Origin: an uncultured virus (IMG/VR IMGVR_UViG_3300031847_000001)
Lineage: Duplodnaviria > Heunggongvirae > Uroviricota > Caudoviricetes
Strand: one strand, 5' to 3'
DNA length: 64,000 bases
Virus record (IMG/VR): IMGVR_UViG_3300031847_000001
The position numbers and the translations under genes are program-made. Below are positions 37,140 to 46,372 of the stretch, in pieces; the stretch's first letter is position 1; each line of letters opens with the position of its first letter. A model generated the notes under the pieces. That model was not told the origin of the DNA and did no database searches. It worked only from the letters and a program-made list of their open reading frames with translations.

Positions 37140-38939
37140 ATGAAATACCTACTAATTGCCACAGTCTTATTATCGGCATGCTCGTCATGCTCCACTCAGG
37201 TAAAACCCGCGTTGACAGTTGCGCCCACACCCACAATCGAACCGACCGCCCCGCCTGCGGTCTGGCACGTCAACGCTAACGGATTCCGCTTGACGCTCGA
37301 TCTGGCGCGGTTGGATGATGTGACATGGGACGGTAATCAACTTGAGTTCCGGCGGGCGCTCCAGGGGGTGACTCAATGGTACAAGGTAACGGTCGAGGAT
37401 GGTGTAATGGTGGGTAGATTTTCCCACTCGACCGAACCCGCGAAGCCGGATTTATCCGCATACAAGTACCACGTTACCGGATGGGATAGGGACGCTTTTC
37501 CGATTACCCCTGTCGTCTTCGACATTAACGCGAATGGCTATCAAGGGAGATTGGGGATTGATAAGGCAGGCGGCGTTTTCACCGGCCGGCTGAAGTTCTA
37601 CGCGACGAATGGCGCTCTTAACGAAAGCCTCGAAGAGGAAGTTTTAGTAACGCATTGGGATGGGGCAGCGATCAACTTCATACGCCCCTTCGCCAATCAG
37701 ACTTACACAGGGCAGGCGAACGGGGCCGAGATTTCCGGCACGTTCACTTACGCGGGGGCGCCCTACAGTTGGTCAGGCCGCAGGGCTGAAATGCTGACCT
37801 ATGGGATGGCGCCAAAGACAGCCGAGCAGCGGCAGGCGTGGCAGGAACGGACCCGGCGGACGCTGCATAGACTGATGATGGCGGGAAATCCGGCGCCGCT
37901 GAGCGTGACCGTGGAAATTCTTGGGGATAATATTCCGCCGATTGCGGGGAATCTGTATCCCCTGCGCGACGATGATCCAGGCTCGCACCCTCAAAACTAC
38001 ACCCTGACCGAATTAAAGCTCACCTACACCCTGCCAAACTGGCTCGGCGGCGCTCCGATCACTCGAACTGTCCATGCTTACCTTGCCAAGCCTACAACCC
38101 CGCCTCCGGGCGGATTGGAGAAGTATCCGCTTCTACTTTCCGTCAACGGCCACGGCGGCAGTGCATATCAGACGATGGATGGCGGAACGCTGTTTTATTA
38201 CGGCGACGCTTTTGCTCGTCGTGGATATATGGTCCTCGCGGTCGACATCTCGCATCGGCCCATATCTGACCGATTTGGCTATACAGAATGGGTCGAGAAT
38301 GGAGACGACCCGGAGCATGGGAACGGCTCACATCCTTCGATTAAGCCAATACCTGACAAATACTATACGGATTGGGAAGAGGACGGTGAGAGGGTATGGG
38401 ACGTGATGCGAGGGCTGGATTATGCGCTGAGCCGTTCGGATGTGGATCATGGCAAGATCGCGGTTACGGGGCTATCAATGGGCGGCGAAGTGGCATCCTA
38501 CGTCGGCGCGCTCGATCCGCGGATCGCCGTAACGATCCCGGCCGGATATTCGCCCGATATGAACGTCGTCAAATATCACGGCAATCACGGTTGCTGGACA
38601 TGGGCATGGGCTGACGTGAGGGAGTATATAGACCAATCGGATATTCTCTCTTTAATCGCGCCGCGGGGCTTAATCGTTCAGACAGGGAAAGAGGATCGGG
38701 TCTTCTCAAACATTGGCTTCGCGGGAGACAAACAGGTAATGAGGCGGGCAAGAGTCGCAGGCGGCCCGGTGGTCCACTTTCTTCACCCGCTCATTCACGA
38801 ATGGCGGGCCGGGCAAGTCAGACAGCCAACAATGATTGAACCATCATCACCGGGCGATCTCCCTTGGCAGACGAACGGGGAGACCACGAGTGATGGACAG
38901 ACACTATTTGATCACGTCAGACAGTTTTTGAACTTTTAG
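37140..38939 (+). CDS. Lipoprotein with alpha/beta-hydrolase (esterase) domain
   Basis: Lipobox LSAC; NGHGG oxyanion motif, GLSMGG nucleophile elbow, LIAPRGL..G..D, terminal H. Confidence 0.75.
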   Translation: MKYLLIATVLLSACSSCSTQVKPALTVAPTPTIEPTAPPAVWHVNANGFRLTLDLARLDDVTWDGNQLEFRRALQGVTQWYKVTVEDGVMVGRFSHSTEPAKPDLSAYKYHVTGWDRDAFPITPVVFDINANGYQGRLGIDKAGGVFTGRLKFYATNGALNESLEEEVLVTHWDGAAINFIRPFANQTYTGQANGAEISGTFTYAGAPYSWSGRRAEMLTYGMAPKTAEQRQAWQERTRRTLHRLMMAGNPAPLSVTVEILGDNIPPIAGNLYPLRDDDPGSHPQNYTLTELKLTYTLPNWLGGAPITRTVHAYLAKPTTPPPGGLEKYPLLLSVNGHGGSAYQTMDGGTLFYYGDAFARRGYMVLAVDISHRPISDRFGYTEWVENGDDPEHGNGSHPSIKPIPDKYYTDWEEDGERVWDVMRGLDYALSRSDVDHGKIAVTGLSMGGEVASYVGALDPRIAVTIPAGYSPDMNVVKYHGNHGCWTWAWADVREYIDQSDILSLIAPRGLIVQTGKEDRVFSNIGFAGDKQVMRRARVAGGPVVHFLHPLIHEWRAGQVRQPTMIEPSSPGDLPWQTNGETTSDGQTLFDHVRQFLNF

Positions 38940-38948
38940 GTACTGCTT

Positions 38949-40079
38949 ATGCCGATTTTTGGACTTCCATTTGACCCAGAAGAGTTGCGGCGTCGGGCGT
39001 TGACGCCGGGGATTAACCCCAACGCGCCCTCGCCGCTGCCGAACATTCCAGCGCCGAATCCACGCATGCCGCTGCCGGTAAGACCTCCGGAGGCCGTAAT
39101 GTCTACCCGTATGCCTGGCCCGCCCGGTTCGTCGCCGTTACCTGAAACGGCAATGGGGCGTCCGAATCTTCCACTGCCGGCGCCTGGAATACCGGGCGGG
39201 ACGGGTATGCCGCCGATCAAGCAGCCGACAAGGGCGGACCAGTATAGAGAGGCGAAGGACGTCTACATGATGGGAACGCCAGGCCGCGGTAAGTCCGCGC
39301 TTCTCGGCGCCTTACAAGGCGGCTTGCGGGGACTGGCGCAGGGTGGGCTCGGCGGGGCCGCAGGCGGGGCTCTTGGCGGGGCTCTCGGTGGAGGGGTAAA
39401 CCCAAGGGGATTGCGTGAGGCGGAATTCAACCAGCGAGTAAGGCCAGAGATTCTGGAAGGCTTCACGATGGAAGATCAGGACCGTGCGGGACGCATACAG
39501 GCGGCGAAGGCTGCGGCCGAACAGGCGATGACGCAGGCGCAGCTTGAGAACATCAACAGTCAGATTCGATCGCGACAATCCGGCGACGAGTTAGCGCGTG
39601 GCAAAGATCAGAGAGAGGCAAATCAACCACTGGTCTACAAGCCGGGGGATGAGGGGTTTGACCCGAAGACCCGTGAAAGGGTGTTTAAAATTCCAGGGGC
39701 CGAAAAATCCCCGACAGCGGCTGAATTGACCGTTGAGCCCTCGAGCGGGAAATCCTTCGAACAGATCGCCGACGAGAGTTACAGCGGGCGCGGGGGTGAC
39801 GATTACGTGTTCAAAAGACTACCGACGCGAACGCAGCAATTGATTTCCGGCCAGATACGGGATGCGGCCCCTGCGGAAATCGAAGCGGCCAACCGCGCCT
39901 ATCAAACCGCGATCGAGCGACAGCGGAAGACTGACCTGGATTACACCCGCGGTGATGTTCGCGCCAGGGCGTTAGGCGCGAAGAAAGGCGGCGGGAGCGC
40001 AATGAAGACATCCCCGCGCAAAGGCCAGCCCGGACGCCGCGCCATTTCCGTCGCGGAAGCTGCCGAACTGTTGAAGTAG
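38949..40079 (+). CDS. Putative ejection protein (Pro-rich, glycine zipper)
   Basis: Pro-rich N-terminus, GGALGG repeats, coiled coil. Confidence 0.6.
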   Translation: MPIFGLPFDPEELRRRALTPGINPNAPSPLPNIPAPNPRMPLPVRPPEAVMSTRMPGPPGSSPLPETAMGRPNLPLPAPGIPGGTGMPPIKQPTRADQYREAKDVYMMGTPGRGKSALLGALQGGLRGLAQGGLGGAAGGALGGALGGGVNPRGLREAEFNQRVRPEILEGFTMEDQDRAGRIQAAKAAAEQAMTQAQLENINSQIRSRQSGDELARGKDQREANQPLVYKPGDEGFDPKTRERVFKIPGAEKSPTAAELTVEPSSGKSFEQIADESYSGRGGDDYVFKRLPTRTQQLISGQIRDAAPAEIEAANRAYQTAIERQRKTDLDYTRGDVRARALGAKKGGGSAMKTSPRKGQPGRRAISVAEAAELLK

Positions 40080-40080
40080 G

Positions 40081-40176
40081 TCACCAGCGGCGCATTTTCC
40101 CTTGGTAGTAGCCGGCGACGCTGAAGAGCACGAGGGCGGCAAGGACCAAGAGTAGTTCCCAGTAAGGCCACACCAT
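40081..40176 (-). CDS. 31-aa hydrophobic peptide, antisense within the ejection module
   Basis: MVWPYWELLLVLAALVLFSVAGYYQGKMRRW with GGAG upstream; fills the intergenic gap. Confidence 0.5.
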   Translation of the reverse strand: MVWPYWELLLVLAALVLFSVAGYYQGKMRRW

Positions 40177-40260
40177 AAAAGTCACTCCAGCGATTCCCGT
40201 AATCAACAAAAATGCCTTTAGCCCAACTCTCATGGGCGCATTCTCTAATTAATTTCATCT

Positions 40261-43200
40261 ATGCCGCAAGATCAACAGAAACCATTGACGCCAGCCCAGC
40301 CCGAAGAGATGTCGCTTGACGATTTCCGCGAGAAGGCCCGCGAGCGGTATGGAATCCCCAAGCCCTTATGGGAAAGCCTGAGAAGCCAGGAATCGGGCGG
40401 CAATATAGATGCTGTAAGTCCAACAGGCGTGAAGGGGGAGTTTCAGCTTACGCAGGGAACGGCAGGCGGTTACGGCTTGAACCGAGATGATCCATTTCAT
40501 CAAATTGTCGGCGCCGCAAAGAACCTGCGCGAAGGCTATGATAAGTACGGTCACCTGAAGGACGACAATCAGCGCTGGCTTGCGGCGGCCGGCTACTATT
40601 ACGGGGGTCCGGACGCAGTAAAGCCGGATGGGACACTGAGCGATAAATCTAAAGACGGATTATCTAATCCGCAGGCGTACGTCACGAAGATTGCTGAGCG
40701 ATGGAAGGCTTACAACGACTCCCAGCCGGCCACGACGCAGCCAGCGACCGCTCAGGCCCCACAATCTGCCCAGCTATCGGCGACTGCGAAAAAGCCGATG
40801 AATTTCCTTACCCCGAACTCCGGACGACCGCAGACCGCCAAAGAGCGCAAGGCTGTGACCGAGGAATCTGCTCGACAGAAGGCAACGCCGCAGATCGCCC
40901 GAATGGTCGAGGACTTCGAAGCGCTGAAGCGCGAGGGCAGCGTTGACGCCGCGCGATCAGTCGCAGCCAAAATCAAAGCGCAATACGGCAAATGGATGGA
41001 GGTCGGAGACGGTACGGGCGGTTGGCCATACGTGAAGAGCAGGGTTCCCGGCTGGAATCCGATTCAGCCACTGGCGGCGCCGATCACGACGCCATCACTC
41101 GAAGATGAACAGGCGGCGTTTGCGCAAAGCCCGATATTGTATCAATTGAAGGAGCGCGGCCTTGATGCCCTTACCCGCGGCGGCGGGCAAATCTCGAAGA
41201 TGCTGAGGCAGACGGCCGGCGCCGGGCTGGGGCTGGCTCAGGGCCTCGCTGGCGGCGATTTCAGGCCGGTGGACTTGCCAGCTTGGCGGCAAGGTGAAGA
41301 AGAAAGGATGCGGGCCTTAGAAGAGCGCCGCCTTCGTCGTCCGTCTTCGTTTGCGTCCGATGTTGGTGAGGGGGTGATTGAGGCGATTCCGGCAGCCGCT
41401 GGAGCGATCGGTGGAAGCATCCTCACAGGTGGCGGCTTGCCCGCAGCCGCGGCGATAGGTGCCGGGATGGGCGCGGCAGGCGCTGACTGGAAAGATCCGA
41501 AGAGAGCGGCCGTACAGACGGCCCTTGGCGCTGTGGCCCCGATTGCTGGCGGTAAAGCTGGTTCAGCAGTCGGCGGCGCCGTTGCGCGCAGATTGGCAGG
41601 CCCTGTGAGCCAGGCTGCGTCGAGAGTCGGCGGCGAGCTACTTGGTGGCGGACTCGGGAACGTGGCAGGCAGCGGCGCCGAGCAACTGGCGTTCGAAGGA
41701 CGTGTTGACCCAAGAGAGCTCGCCAAACAGGGCATCGTTGGCGCAGCGCTGAACGTGCCAGGCGTAGTGGGAGCGGCAAGAAGGCCCCCGACTATGCCTG
41801 CGAGCGGTGTCGGTCGCGCCATCATCGAGCCAGCCGCTGAGACTCCACCTCGAGCGCCGCAGTTTCCGCGCCCTGTAAACGCTGTTGATCGAGTCATTGC
41901 CGATTTTGGCAATCGCCTTGTGGAAATTGACCAAATGGTCCCGCTCAACGAGCGCCCTGCGGCAATCGAAACGGCGCGCCGGGAATTCAATGCCCGAAGA
42001 CGGCAAGCGGCTTTGGTACCGCAGCAGCCCAAGACGATGGCAACATCGGCGGAAAATATTCCAGAAAATATTCCCGAATCGGTGACAAAACCGACGGAAA
42101 ATATTCCCAGCACGCCGCAACTTCCTGAAGGCGTTCGAATTGTTCGTGAAGGTGAGCCAATTCCGCCCCGAGCGCCAGGCCAGCGGCAGATCCCGATGGA
42201 CTTTGATAATCCTGATGGGACGACTCAGACCGTACTGGTGATCGCTGATGGTAAGGCAAATGAAGCCACGTTGCGCCCGATGGTCGAGCAGGCGCTGCGT
42301 CCCCAAGTTCAACAACCAGCCGCTCAGCCTGTGTCCGTGGCGCAATCGGGGGCGGCCTCCCCAGAACCGCCCCCGATTCAACCAGTAGCGCCACGCAGAC
42401 AGCCTGCGCCAGTCCAGTTTATTCAACTTGGGCCGCAAGGTCTACGGGGCGGCATACCCATGCCGAAATCTTCACTGCCGAGCCAGAAACTGTTAGGAGC
42501 GGGCAGGCCCGAGGATGTGCCAACGGAACGTCTTGGCGCGCGCCCGCAGTCTGAACGTGTGCCGACTGATCCATTGACGGATCCTCTTACGGATCCGTTG
42601 ACCGAAGAGATGCCGTCGAGGCCACTGCGCCGGACGTCGGAAATACCGCGAGTTCAGCGTGACGCCCCGCCCACGCGACCCTTTGAGTATCCCGATGCGC
42701 CAGAGACTCAAAGAATACCCGCGCTGTCGAAATACACGGTCGAGGACGCGCCGACGCGAGAATTACCAGCACAGCCTATGCGGCGACAAGCTGCCCCCGC
42801 ACCGCTGCCACGTATCACTCAAGAACCGACGAACCGTATCACTCAGGGCGAAGGCGCTGAACTGCCAAGACGTGTACTTAGACCCCGCGAAGGCCAACCA
42901 GTCGAGATGGGGCGCCGTAGGCCAGAGCCTCCGTCACGGCTCGGCGGTGGACGATTCCCGCGCCCGCTCGAAGGGCGGATGTATCCCGAATTTCCAGCCG
43001 ACCGCCGCGCGCTGGTTGGCGAAGGCCGACGTGTCGGTGCCGAGATCGAGGCCGGACGAGGCGAAAAAGGCCAATTCGGGAAGATTGCACAGCAGATGTT
43101 CAAGTCTTCATCCGGCGAAGTCCCGCACGGCCAGGATGCGTTCTTCCATGATCCGAACGTGAAAGGCGCTTTAGGACTCAGCCGGGACGCCGAGATGGGC

Positions 43201-45609
43201 GAGGTTCGCGCCCGATTGAAGAAAGAACTTGCGCGCTCGATGGGCGTGAAGGCTGACGAAGTGTCATTGACGCAGGTTGGCCCGGATGTCTGGAAGAGAT
43301 GGGCAAGGCAAAAGGGACTGCGCGGCGACGCCTTGTCGAAGATGAACACAGCGATTGAACGTTATCAAAAAGGAGTGATCAGTGATATTGAGAAGACCGC
43401 TCCGGCGCAGGCCGAGCAACCATCAGAACGTGTGGGCGCAGTGCCAGAGGCATCGGCAGATGCTGGCCGCAAAATCCAGCATTTCCGTTACGGTGAAGTA
43501 GCCGAATCCCCGAATCAGAAAGGCGTCCGCAAGGGACAGTTGCGCGTGACTGGGAAGGACGGCAAGGACCATATTATCAAGAATCCCAGAACCAAAGGTG
43601 GCGGCAATCGCGAAGCAGCGTTCGTCAAACAGGAAGTCTCTACTGGCCCGATTCCGGCTGAGGCAATGGTAGAATTACGCGATAAACCGCCAGAAAAGCC
43701 CATCCCGGCCAAGGCTGGCCCCAGAGCTGGTTACGCTATCCCGTCTGAGGCGATGCCGGAACTGCGCGGCAAGCAGGCAATCAAGTCCGGTGAGATCGTT
43801 CAGCGAATGGCCAAGATTGCCCGCACGCCTACATCTCCCGTTGAGGTCGCCAAACTACGCGCCGAGTTTCCGCAAATGAGCAAGGCTGACTTCGACGCCC
43901 AAATGATCAAACTCAATGAGGAAGGCCGCATTGCGCTACACCGTCACGATCAACCTACTGAAGCGGATCGGGCTGGCGCTGTGAAGATCAAGGATGATTA
44001 CTTTACCGCTGCGACATTCAGACCGCGCGAGGGGACAGTGCTTGGCTCCGGTCCTGGCGTGTTTCAGAAGTTTTTTGAGAAGCGGACACCACCCAAGGCC
44101 AATCCGACTAAGGTGGACATCGAAAGCGCCAGTCTCGGCAAGTCTATCGGCAACGTTCTCCGAACAGGCGCGCAAGGTCTTAGGACCATAAAGACAAGTT
44201 TCGACCTCTCGGCGCCATTCGGGCAGGGGGCTTTTCTTACCATTCCTCACCCGCTCAAGAGCGCGCAGTCGTTCGGGAAGATGCTGCGATCTCTGAAGCG
44301 ATCGCAGTCTGACGCGATTGATACGGAAATAGCCTTTCATCCACTGCGGGAACTCTGGAAAAAGGCAGGAATGTATACGGCGACAGACGCCAAGTTGAAA
44401 GGTGACGCGGCGGGTGGTGAAGAGGCGTTCATGGTCAGAGGTTTGAATAAAGTGCCCGGTATCGGCGCTTCAGAGCGCACCTATCGCACGTATCTTGACA
44501 CCCTGCGCGTTTCGGTGTTTGAGGGCTACGTGAAATCATTGCAAGCCGATGGCTACACTTTCGAGAACAACCCGAAGGCATATAAAGACGTGGCAGCGTG
44601 GATTAATATTGCGTCTGGTCGGGGCTCGTTAAAGAAGGGCGGCAAGGTGGAGCAGGCAATGGGACTAGGCGGGGATATTCTCTTTTCGCCTCGCAATTTC
44701 GTGGCGAAGTTTCAGCGGCTCGATCCGGTGAGATATGCGACGCTTGCGCCAGGCGCTAGAAAGCTGGTCCTGCGCGACGCCTTGACGACCTTCGGCGCAA
44801 TGATCGGGACCGCCGCACTGCTTCGGGCAAATGGCGCCTCTATCTCTCTCGATCCCGAGGCCGACAACTTCATGGTGGCGCGACTGGGCGATACTCGCTA
44901 TGACCTGACATTCGGCGCTAAGACGCAAGTTCAGTTCTTGGCTCGAATGGTGACCGGGACATACCGCAAGGCGACAGGCGAGGGCAATTTGCCTAACAAA
45001 GATCCGCTCTCTGTCGCAACCGGTTTCATGCGTAATCAGTTGGCCCCTGGTCCCAGCCTTGCCGTTGAGGCATTTAAGGGTGTTGACGCCAAGGGTGAAA
45101 AATTATCTGAAAAGAGCGCCGGGAAGATTGCACGCGAGGCCGTTGCGCCAATGATAGTTGAGGACTTTTGGGAGATGGCCCAGAAAGAAGGGACAAAGGG
45201 CGTGATAAAGACGCTGCCGGCCATTGTGGGCGCAAGGGTGAGCAGTTATCCGGACAGGGCGAAATCTGCCTTTGTGGATACGCCCGCCGAACTTAGGGCC
45301 GAACAGAAGCAGTTCAAACAGACGCGCAGTTTTTTGACACCAAGGCGCGGCGAGACGCCTGAAGCGTTCAAAGAGCGCAAGGCAAAGGTGGACGAATGGA
45401 CGAAGGAGTACGGCTCGCAGTTGGCTGCGTCAGATACCTACAAGTCAGCAGAACCGGAGATCAGGGAGGCCGCGCTTGAGTACTTGAAGAGGACGATTGC
45501 CAGTCAATCAGGCGCAAAGCGGCCAAGTCTGTATTTGTTGAGTCCTGGGAGCGTTCTTCAGACGGTGCGCGAGTCTGCGCGCAAGAAGCGGCGCGCGGCG
45601 GCTCAGTAG
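40261..45609 (+). CDS. Large ejection protein with N-terminal lytic transglycosylase (SLT) domain
   Basis: QESGGN..AVSPTG..G.FQL...TA and AAGYYYGG motifs; 1782 aa. Confidence 0.8.
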   Translation: MPQDQQKPLTPAQPEEMSLDDFREKARERYGIPKPLWESLRSQESGGNIDAVSPTGVKGEFQLTQGTAGGYGLNRDDPFHQIVGAAKNLREGYDKYGHLKDDNQRWLAAAGYYYGGPDAVKPDGTLSDKSKDGLSNPQAYVTKIAERWKAYNDSQPATTQPATAQAPQSAQLSATAKKPMNFLTPNSGRPQTAKERKAVTEESARQKATPQIARMVEDFEALKREGSVDAARSVAAKIKAQYGKWMEVGDGTGGWPYVKSRVPGWNPIQPLAAPITTPSLEDEQAAFAQSPILYQLKERGLDALTRGGGQISKMLRQTAGAGLGLAQGLAGGDFRPVDLPAWRQGEEERMRALEERRLRRPSSFASDVGEGVIEAIPAAAGAIGGSILTGGGLPAAAAIGAGMGAAGADWKDPKRAAVQTALGAVAPIAGGKAGSAVGGAVARRLAGPVSQAASRVGGELLGGGLGNVAGSGAEQLAFEGRVDPRELAKQGIVGAALNVPGVVGAARRPPTMPASGVGRAIIEPAAETPPRAPQFPRPVNAVDRVIADFGNRLVEIDQMVPLNERPAAIETARREFNARRRQAALVPQQPKTMATSAENIPENIPESVTKPTENIPSTPQLPEGVRIVREGEPIPPRAPGQRQIPMDFDNPDGTTQTVLVIADGKANEATLRPMVEQALRPQVQQPAAQPVSVAQSGAASPEPPPIQPVAPRRQPAPVQFIQLGPQGLRGGIPMPKSSLPSQKLLGAGRPEDVPTERLGARPQSERVPTDPLTDPLTDPLTEEMPSRPLRRTSEIPRVQRDAPPTRPFEYPDAPETQRIPALSKYTVEDAPTRELPAQPMRRQAAPAPLPRITQEPTNRITQGEGAELPRRVLRPREGQPVEMGRRRPEPPSRLGGGRFPRPLEGRMYPEFPADRRALVGEGRRVGAEIEAGRGEKGQFGKIAQQMFKSSSGEVPHGQDAFFHDPNVKGALGLSRDAEMGEVRARLKKELARSMGVKADEVSLTQVGPDVWKRWARQKGLRGDALSKMNTAIERYQKGVISDIEKTAPAQAEQPSERVGAVPEASADAGRKIQHFRYGEVAESPNQKGVRKGQLRVTGKDGKDHIIKNPRTKGGGNREAAFVKQEVSTGPIPAEAMVELRDKPPEKPIPAKAGPRAGYAIPSEAMPELRGKQAIKSGEIVQRMAKIARTPTSPVEVAKLRAEFPQMSKADFDAQMIKLNEEGRIALHRHDQPTEADRAGAVKIKDDYFTAATFRPREGTVLGSGPGVFQKFFEKRTPPKANPTKVDIESASLGKSIGNVLRTGAQGLRTIKTSFDLSAPFGQGAFLTIPHPLKSAQSFGKMLRSLKRSQSDAIDTEIAFHPLRELWKKAGMYTATDAKLKGDAAGGEEAFMVRGLNKVPGIGASERTYRTYLDTLRVSVFEGYVKSLQADGYTFENNPKAYKDVAAWINIASGRGSLKKGGKVEQAMGLGGDILFSPRNFVAKFQRLDPVRYATLAPGARKLVLRDALTTFGAMIGTAALLRANGASISLDPEADNFMVARLGDTRYDLTFGAKTQVQFLARMVTGTYRKATGEGNLPNKDPLSVATGFMRNQLAPGPSLAVEAFKGVDAKGEKLSEKSAGKIAREAVAPMIVEDFWEMAQKEGTKGVIKTLPAIVGARVSSYPDRAKSAFVDTPAELRAEQKQFKQTRSFLTPRRGETPEAFKERKAKVDEWTKEYGSQLAASDTYKSAEPEIREAALEYLKRTIASQSGAKRPSLYLLSPGSVLQTVRESARKKRRAAAQ

Positions 45610-45615
45610 GGACGT

Positions 45616-45645
45616 AAAAAAGCCGCCAAGACAGTCTTGGCGGCT
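45616..45645 (-). terminator. Intrinsic terminator closing the RAMP/array/ParB operon (convergent with late genes)
   Basis: AGCCGCCAAGAC-A-GTCTTGGCGGCT perfect inverted repeat with an A-run on +. Confidence 0.75.
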
Positions 45646-45684
45646 CGAAGGTATTAGGAGGGTCTTCTATGCGGAGGTATTCCG

Positions 45685-46352
45685 TTAGGCGGCCTTCTTC
45701 AGTGCAGCGCCGTGCTGTCGCAGATGTTCGAGTAGCCGAGTAAGCGATTGAATCAGCCCGTCATTTTTCCAGTCGATCAATTCGGCCTCGAACAATTCCG
45801 ATAACTGATTTGCATAATAAGTGGCGTTCATTCCGCTCAGTTTTTGTTGGCTTCAACCTGCCTTGGCGTCAGTGTCTCACCGGCCTTCCACGCAATTGTA
45901 CGCTTGAGGGGTAAGGATTGCCCCTGTTCGTCCTGTGCGAACACTGTCTTTTTCTGAACGTGCAGGGATTCGATCGGGACTTTGAGAATCTGGCTTACCC
46001 GTTCGAGCGTGAAGCCGAGTTCTTCGGCTCGCTGCGTGATCCGCGCTCTCTCGAACGGGCTGAAAGGGCGTCCGTGGCTCGCGTTTGCCTCGACAGCCAG
46101 GGCGTACAACTCTTGCTCGTTCTTGCAATTCACCCATTCAACATCAATTACCTCTAGGCCCAGCCGCTCATGCGCGCCGTCACGGTGGAAGCCGTCAATA
46201 ATCTTCTTCGTCTTTCGATCCACCTTGATCGGCGGTAGTTGAGCGCCCGTTTTCATCGCCAGAACCATTCCGGTGATATGGGTACTGTCCACATGGGTTC
46301 GTGGATAGAGGTTCATGTCGCGTACCAGGGTATCTCGCTTAACTGTATTCAT
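45685..46352 (-). pseudogene. ParB-N/Srx-like protein interrupted by a 1-nt frameshift at about 45841-45845
   Basis: LYPR..LPPIKVD..IIDGFHR; frame stops at 45837, but the -1 frame continues LSGMNATYYANQL...KKAA to a stop at 45685. Confidence 0.65.
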
Positions 46353-46372
46353 CTTGCTCCTTTGGTGAGAGA

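Noticed and set aside
42565..42603. TDPL x3 repeats here, and nearby ENIP repeats (about 42050-42110), in the ejection protein
   Set aside because: Short coding duplications in a disordered region; no evidence of a separate function
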